Source: an uncultured virus (IMG/VR IMGVR_UViG_3300012973_000875) (Duplodnaviria > Heunggongvirae > Uroviricota > Caudoviricetes). From it: a DNA stretch of 20,000 bases. The stretch's first letter is position 1. Every line of letters begins with the position of its first letter. Made by a program: the position numbers and the translations under genes. The stretch is taken from the IMG/VR virus record IMGVR_UViG_3300012973_000875. One strand, written 5' to 3'. The notes beneath the pieces were generated by a model. That model saw only the letters and a list, made by a program, of their open reading frames with translations, made no database searches and was not told the DNA's origin. Shown here in pieces: positions 15,593 to 20,000 of this stretch.

Positions 15593-17071
15593 ATGCCGCA
15601 GTCCCAGCACGCCGCAATTCTCGACAGTCTGTCCGGCCTGCTCACCCAAATCGGACAGACCAAGTCGGCCAGCGTGAAGCAGGCCGACAAGCCGATCGGC
15701 GAGGCCGGCGGCTACGAAGGGGACACCTCCCACCCCGTCAAGAACGCCCCCAACAACACGATCAGGCCGACCGAAGGGGCGCGCTCCGCCGAGAACACCA
15801 AGGACGTCAAGGACCAGATCCCGCAGAACGTCGACGAGACGGCCGAGGATCGCTCGGTCTTCGGGACCAAGGGTTCGGGCAACCAGGACAAGGTCCAGAC
15901 CCAGATCGGCGCGCACCACGCCGCCACTGGCGAGGACCCCTCGGTCGAGAACGACTTCAAGGGCGACAAGGACGATCCCGGCACGTCGTCGCAGATGACG
16001 ACCGAGGACAGCACCAAGTACGGCTCGTACCGCGCGATGCCCTTCGCCAAGCTCGCCGCGCTCCAGGCCACCCTGGGCAACGAGATCCTGGCCGACATCT
16101 CCAACGGCCTGCTCGTCGACGCCGGGACGGCCAAGCGGGCCGCCGCTGCCGCCAAGCGGGCCGCCGCTGCCGGCAAGCGGCTGGGGGACAACGTCGACAA
16201 CGGCACGATCAAGGTCAACGGCGGCAAGCAGGTGCCCGCCAAGCCCAAGGATCCCGCCGCCGCCCAGGCCGAGGCCGGCGAGCCCGAGATCCATGCGACC
16301 GACGAGTCGGTCCAGAAGGCGGCCGCCGCCGGCTACAACATGGCTGCGGCGGCCGGCGTTGGCTCCGACCCCGAGGCCCAGACCCGCGACCTGATCTATC
16401 AGACGGTCAAGGAAGCCCACATCCAGGCCGACCTGTTCGCCGATTACATCATCAAGCTCGCCGAGGGCGAGGGGGGCATGGCCGAGGGGGAGGATCACTC
16501 CGCCGCCGGTGACGCCGCCTCGGGGATGAATGACATGGGGGGCATGGGCGGCATGGGGGGCGACCCGGGCATGGGGGGCGACCCCGGCATGGGGGGCGGC
16601 GACCCGCTGTCCGTCCTGAGCCAGCTTCCTCCCGAGCAACTGGCCCAGCTTGCCGAGATGGTCGTCAGTGGCGAACTGCCGCTGGACGGCGGCATGGGTG
16701 GCGATCCAGGCATGGGGGGTGACCCCGCGATGGGGGGTGACCCGGCCATGGGGGGTGATCCCGCGATGGGCGGCGGCGCCATGGACGCCCTGGGTGCCGG
16801 CCCGATGCCCGGTGGTCCGGTGAGCCCCGAGGAGTCGCTCGACGCCCTGGGTAACGCCTCCGCCGAGGCGGGCGCCACCCCGGACGACCTGATGTCGCAG
16901 GCCCCCAAGGCCGCCAGTGTCCAGGCCCGTGCCGACATCGTCAAGGTCGCCTCGGCCCTCAAGCAGCACATGCGCAGCGGCAAGTTCCGGCTGGGTGCCC
17001 CCAAGACGGCCCGAGCCCGGCGGATCCACGACGAGATGCGGACGTTCGTCCAGGAAGTCATGGGCTACTAG
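15593..17071 (+). CDS. Putative scaffolding / internal head protein (492 aa)
   Basis: AAGGAG SD at 15580-15585, ATG 15593; acidic, largely disordered, MGGDP(G/A) repeats, many K-x-A motifs; lies between protease and capsid genes. Confidence 0.7.
   Translation: MPQSQHAAILDSLSGLLTQIGQTKSASVKQADKPIGEAGGYEGDTSHPVKNAPNNTIRPTEGARSAENTKDVKDQIPQNVDETAEDRSVFGTKGSGNQDKVQTQIGAHHAATGEDPSVENDFKGDKDDPGTSSQMTTEDSTKYGSYRAMPFAKLAALQATLGNEILADISNGLLVDAGTAKRAAAAAKRAAAAGKRLGDNVDNGTIKVNGGKQVPAKPKDPAAAQAEAGEPEIHATDESVQKAAAAGYNMAAAAGVGSDPEAQTRDLIYQTVKEAHIQADLFADYIIKLAEGEGGMAEGEDHSAAGDAASGMNDMGGMGGMGGDPGMGGDPGMGGGDPLSVLSQLPPEQLAQLAEMVVSGELPLDGGMGGDPGMGGDPAMGGDPAMGGDPAMGGGAMDALGAGPMPGGPVSPEESLDALGNASAEAGATPDDLMSQAPKAASVQARADIVKVASALKQHMRSGKFRLGAPKTARARRIHDEMRTFVQEVMGY
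16130..16171 (+). repeat. Exact 21-nt tandem duplication encoding (AKRAAAA)x2
   Basis: GCCAAGCGGGCCGCCGCTGCC at 16130-16150 and 16151-16171. Confidence 0.9.
16535..16775 (+). repeat. Coding repeats MGGDP(G/A)
   Basis: Two clusters of 18-nt imperfect units (about 16535-16606 and 16693-16775). Confidence 0.85.
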
Positions 17072-17136
17072 ACCCCGTGGCCCGCTGAGTCGATCGCGCC
17101 GTCGTCCTTCCCACACGCCACCAGGAGCACGAACCC

Positions 17137-17565
17137 ATGCCCGCCGACGCCCAGAGCATTCCCGAACGAGCCGTCGACTTCGTCGGCGTGTCGGCTGCGA
17201 TCACCGAGCAGTACGCCGACACGCTGGAGAAGCAAGCCGCGATGCAGAAGGAGGCCGACGCGTTGATCCCCGACGTCGTCCAGGCCCTGCTCGCCAACGG
17301 CCGGATCGACCCGGGCCAGGAGAAGGAAGCGACCGCCGCGCTGAAGAGCCACACGCGGACGCTGCAAATCCTGCTCAAGACGGCCGCGCACCGTACCGAC
17401 GCCGAGGGGAGCGACATCGCCATGGGCCGCCCCGCCCCGGCCGTCAAGCAGGCCGGCGCCCGTAGCTCGCTCACCAATCCCTATGTCGGTGCCCGCCGTG
17501 CCGACCCGTTCGATACCGAAAGCAACCGGGCCCTGCTGCGGGGTCTGGGCATCGCCTCGCAGTAA
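17137..17565 (+). CDS. Small helical head-module protein (142 aa)
   Basis: CAGGAG SD; EKQAA, LKTAA and VKQAG motifs. Confidence 0.8.
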   Translation: MPADAQSIPERAVDFVGVSAAITEQYADTLEKQAAMQKEADALIPDVVQALLANGRIDPGQEKEATAALKSHTRTLQILLKTAAHRTDAEGSDIAMGRPAPAVKQAGARSSLTNPYVGARRADPFDTESNRALLRGLGIASQ

Positions 17566-17623
17566 TCCTGGCTGCCCGGTTTCGTGATTGTCTTTTCGTC
17601 ACCGACATGGAGGTCACCTGACC

Positions 17624-18211
17624 ATGCCTGCTCCAGTTCAGAGTTACACGCACGCGCTGGATATGCTCAAGGGCTGGTGGGACATGCACGCCCTTGACTT
17701 CGATGCCCCCCTCTCGTCCAACGTGACGATCGACCCCGTGTACGGCGGGACCTGCGTCCACGTCAACGCGGCGGGGGCCTTCGAGCTTGGGCACATCCGG
17801 GCCAAGATGCCGATCTTCCTGATCCAGGGCTCGCAGGAACACGACGTCGCGAACCCCGGCGGTAACGAGTGGTACGCGGCCTCCCCGACCGGCAAGCAGT
17901 CCGGCCTGGTGGCTACCGGCGGCTACGAACTCGAAACGACCGAGTTCTACAACCCCGGCAACGTCGCCTACGTCCCCGGCGACTGCCTGCACGCTCCGAC
18001 CGAGGGGCAGATCAACACCACCCCGGGCAAGGTCTTCGCTGGCAAGCTGTTCAAGGCGCGAAGCTGGGCCGGTGGCAGCGCGGCGGTGATCTACCCGACC
18101 ACCGACTCGGTCTGCGGCATCGTCTCGCGGGCCAACCACGTCAACCACCACCGCGTTCCCGTCCTGTCGTTCTGGCCGGTCTGGGCCTGGGGCCCCGCCA
18201 ACGAAGCCTAA
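17624..18211 (+). CDS. Putative capsid decoration/cement protein (195 aa)
   Basis: GGAGGT SD, ATG 17624; beta-rich sequence with GGYELETTEF...YVPGDCL; immediately upstream of the capsid gene, the usual position of decoration genes. Confidence 0.6.
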   Translation: MPAPVQSYTHALDMLKGWWDMHALDFDAPLSSNVTIDPVYGGTCVHVNAAGAFELGHIRAKMPIFLIQGSQEHDVANPGGNEWYAASPTGKQSGLVATGGYELETTEFYNPGNVAYVPGDCLHAPTEGQINTTPGKVFAGKLFKARSWAGGSAAVIYPTTDSVCGIVSRANHVNHHRVPVLSFWPVWAWGPANEA

Positions 18212-18219
18212 CGGACCCG

Positions 18220-18247
18220 GCGGGGTGGGTCGTCCGGCCCGCCCCGC
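18220..18247 (+). promoter_or_regulatory. 12-bp GC-rich hairpin in the capsid gene leader
   Basis: GCGGGGTGGGTC-gtcc-GGCCCGCCCCGC with two G:U pairs, which favour a + strand RNA structure. Confidence 0.55.
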
Positions 18248-18302
18248 GTCGTACTTGGTTTAAGAACTTGGTTTTCCCACAGTGACACGGAGGTCGCGAC
18301 CC

Positions 18303-19238
18303 ATGGCGACGGCTCTCAATCGCAGCGAAGTCCAACTGCTCAACGAGACCCTGTTCGAGCAACTCGACAACCCCGGCATGGTCAAGTCGGCCATCGATGC
18401 GGTGAACGACTTCACCCGCATCAAGATGCGTGAAGACGGCTTCGCCCGGCGGATCATGCCGTCGATCGAGATCTCCAACGAGGAACTCGACCGCCAGGTC
18501 GGCGACGACAAGCCGGTCAAGGTCGTCGACAAGGAGCCCGATAGCCCGGCGGCCATCTCGGTGCCGTTCGCGACGCTCCCCACCTCGGTCTACATCCGTG
18601 GCCCCCGTTACAAGGTCGCCTTCGACCGGATCGTGACGCCCCGGTTCACCAAGGACGTCGACGAGCTACGCACCTGGGTCATGGACATCCGCCAGGTCCT
18701 CTCGGACAACGCCATCAAGGACATGCTGGCCGAAGAGGACAGCAAGTTCCTGGCGGCCGTGAACCGGGCCCTGATGGCTCCGGACACCCCCCTGCCCTGG
18801 TCGGGCGTCCCGCAGTGGGAAACGATCTACGGTGGCATCACCCGTGACACGGTGATGGACGCCATGAAGATCATGCCCAAGACGGACGCACACCTCGAAG
18901 CCGCCACCCTGCTGATCAACAACGTCACGTTGTACGAGATCATGAAGTGGGGCCGCGACGAGATCGGTGGCGACCTGAGCCAGGACCTGTTGCGGAACGG
19001 CTGGTCCGAAGCCGAGTTCATGAACCGCCGGTGGGTCGTCACGATCAAGCGTGACTTGGTCCCCGACGACACGATGTACATGTTCGCGGACCCCAAGTTC
19101 ATCGGGAAGGCTTACCTTCTCGAAGATACCACGATGTATATAAAGAGGGAAGCTTTTTTAATGGAGTTCTTCGCCTATGAGACGATGGGCATGACCATCG
19201 CGCACACAGGCGGCTTGGCCAGGGCTGACTTCGCCTAA
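18303..19238 (+). CDS. Putative major capsid protein (HK97-like fold, 311 aa)
   Basis: Strong GGAGGT SD, ATG 18303; size, position at the end of the head operon and a strong terminator directly after. REDGFARRIMP and MLAEEDSKFLAAV resemble HK97-fold N-arm and backbone-helix segments. Confidence 0.75.
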   Translation: MATALNRSEVQLLNETLFEQLDNPGMVKSAIDAVNDFTRIKMREDGFARRIMPSIEISNEELDRQVGDDKPVKVVDKEPDSPAAISVPFATLPTSVYIRGPRYKVAFDRIVTPRFTKDVDELRTWVMDIRQVLSDNAIKDMLAEEDSKFLAAVNRALMAPDTPLPWSGVPQWETIYGGITRDTVMDAMKIMPKTDAHLEAATLLINNVTLYEIMKWGRDEIGGDLSQDLLRNGWSEAEFMNRRWVVTIKRDLVPDDTMYMFADPKFIGKAYLLEDTTMYIKREAFLMEFFAYETMGMTIAHTGGLARADFA

Positions 19239-19271
19239 GTAAGCCTGTTGCAACGACTTCCATCAATCACG

Positions 19272-19307
19272 ACAGCCCGGCCACTCGGCCGGGCTGTTTG
19301 CGTTTCC
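19272..19307 (+). terminator. Intrinsic terminator after the capsid gene
   Basis: ACAGCCCGGCC-actc-GGCCGGGCTGT perfect 11-bp stem followed by ttgcgttt. Confidence 0.8.
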
Positions 19308-19384
19308 CGGCCTCAAAAATGACGCGGATCGTGTCATAAACCAATGAGAACTGCCAGTTAGCCCCTAGCACACGGAGTAGACCA

Positions 19385-20000
19385 TTGGCACAGGATGTTG
19401 AGACGCAGAAACGCAAGAATCGCGAGCGCGCAAAGCAGCGACGCGAGAGCGGCTTATGCGGGAATTGCAATCAGCCGAAGGTTCCCGGTAAATCGCTGTG
19501 TGAGAAGCACGTTGAAGAATCCGCAGAGCGGTCGCGACAGCGGTACTGGCGACGACGCCAGCGACAAGTCTGTACGCTGTGCCCTGTCGATACAGCCAAG
19601 CCTGCTGAAGAGGGCAAGTCGGCGTGCCGCGCGTGCCTGGACAAGCAGAACGCCGCGACCGCAACGACGCGGCCGGACAAGGCAGCGTCGCACAAGGCGT
19701 ACAAGCAGGCGACCGCAGAGTCGCGAAAGCAACGCGGCGTCTGCATCGGCAACGGGTGCGAGCGGCCGGCACGAGACGGCCGGGTCACGTGCGGCGAGTG
19801 CGCCAAGACACAGTCCGTACGCAGCAGCAAGCGGTGGCGGAAGATACGGCTCCTGGTCATTGCCAAGTACGGATCGAAATGCGCATGCTGTGGCGAGGCG
19901 ACCATGGAGTTCCTGCAAATCGATCACATCAACGGCGGCGGCAATGCACATCGTCGCGAGATCGGGAGGAGTCGGCTTTATATCTGGCTGATCCGGAACA
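19385..20000 (+). CDS. Zinc-finger-repeat HNH-type endonuclease (3'-truncated; absent from ORF track)
   Basis: TTG 19385 with ACGGAG SD. My translation MAQDVETQKRKNRERAKQRRESGLCGNC...CEKH...CTLC...CRAC...CIGNGC...CGEC...YGSKCACCGEATMEFLQIDHINGGGNAHRREIGRSRLYIWLIRN is open to the window end; CxCCGE...IDH is the start of an HNH domain. Confidence 0.85.
   Translation, partial: MAQDVETQKRKNRERAKQRRESGLCGNCNQPKVPGKSLCEKHVEESAERSRQRYWRRRQRQVCTLCPVDTAKPAEEGKSACRACLDKQNAATATTRPDKAASHKAYKQATAESRKQRGVCIGNGCERPARDGRVTCGECAKTQSVRSSKRWRKIRLLVIAKYGSKCACCGEATMEFLQIDHINGGGNAHRREIGRSRLYIWLIRN

Larger units (their letters stand above)
1..20000 (+). mobile_element. Segment of a large tailed-phage / prophage-like genome (RNA polymerase plus head morphogenesis module)
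   Basis: All plausible genes are co-oriented with overlapping stop/start codons. Order protease, scaffold-like, decoration-like, capsid-like, terminator, HNH is typical of phage head modules. RNAP genes are highly divergent and lack the usual rplL/rpsL neighbours. Confidence 0.85.

Noticed and set aside
19395..19991. 198-aa track ORF
   Set aside because: Arg/Ser-rich alternative frame overlapping the real zinc-finger/HNH frame that starts at 19385.

Overview
GC-rich window with about 21 tightly packed genes, all on the + strand, that reads as part of a large tailed-phage (or prophage-like) genome rather than a bacterial chromosome. The 5' part encodes a divergent bacterial-type multi-subunit RNA polymerase with an unusual layout. 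The C-terminus of beta is fused in frame to the N-terminal half of beta' (catalytic NADFDGD; the ORF runs in from upstream of the window), and the C-terminal half of beta' (bridge helix, trigger loop) is a separate gene three ORFs downstream. Both visible RNAP chains lack cysteine and have lost both beta' zinc sites. Downstream is a probable head-morphogenesis module: large internal/virion proteins rich in K-x-A motifs, a glycine-zipper protein, a prohead serine protease with a Cys-rich insert, a scaffold-like protein, a decoration-like protein, a putative major capsid protein and an intrinsic terminator. A zinc-finger/HNH endonuclease gene follows, missed by the ORF track and truncated at the window end. 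Many ribosome-binding sites sit in ANGGAN hairpin loops resembling CsrA/RsmA targets. All product calls come from motif recognition by eye; no database searches were run.
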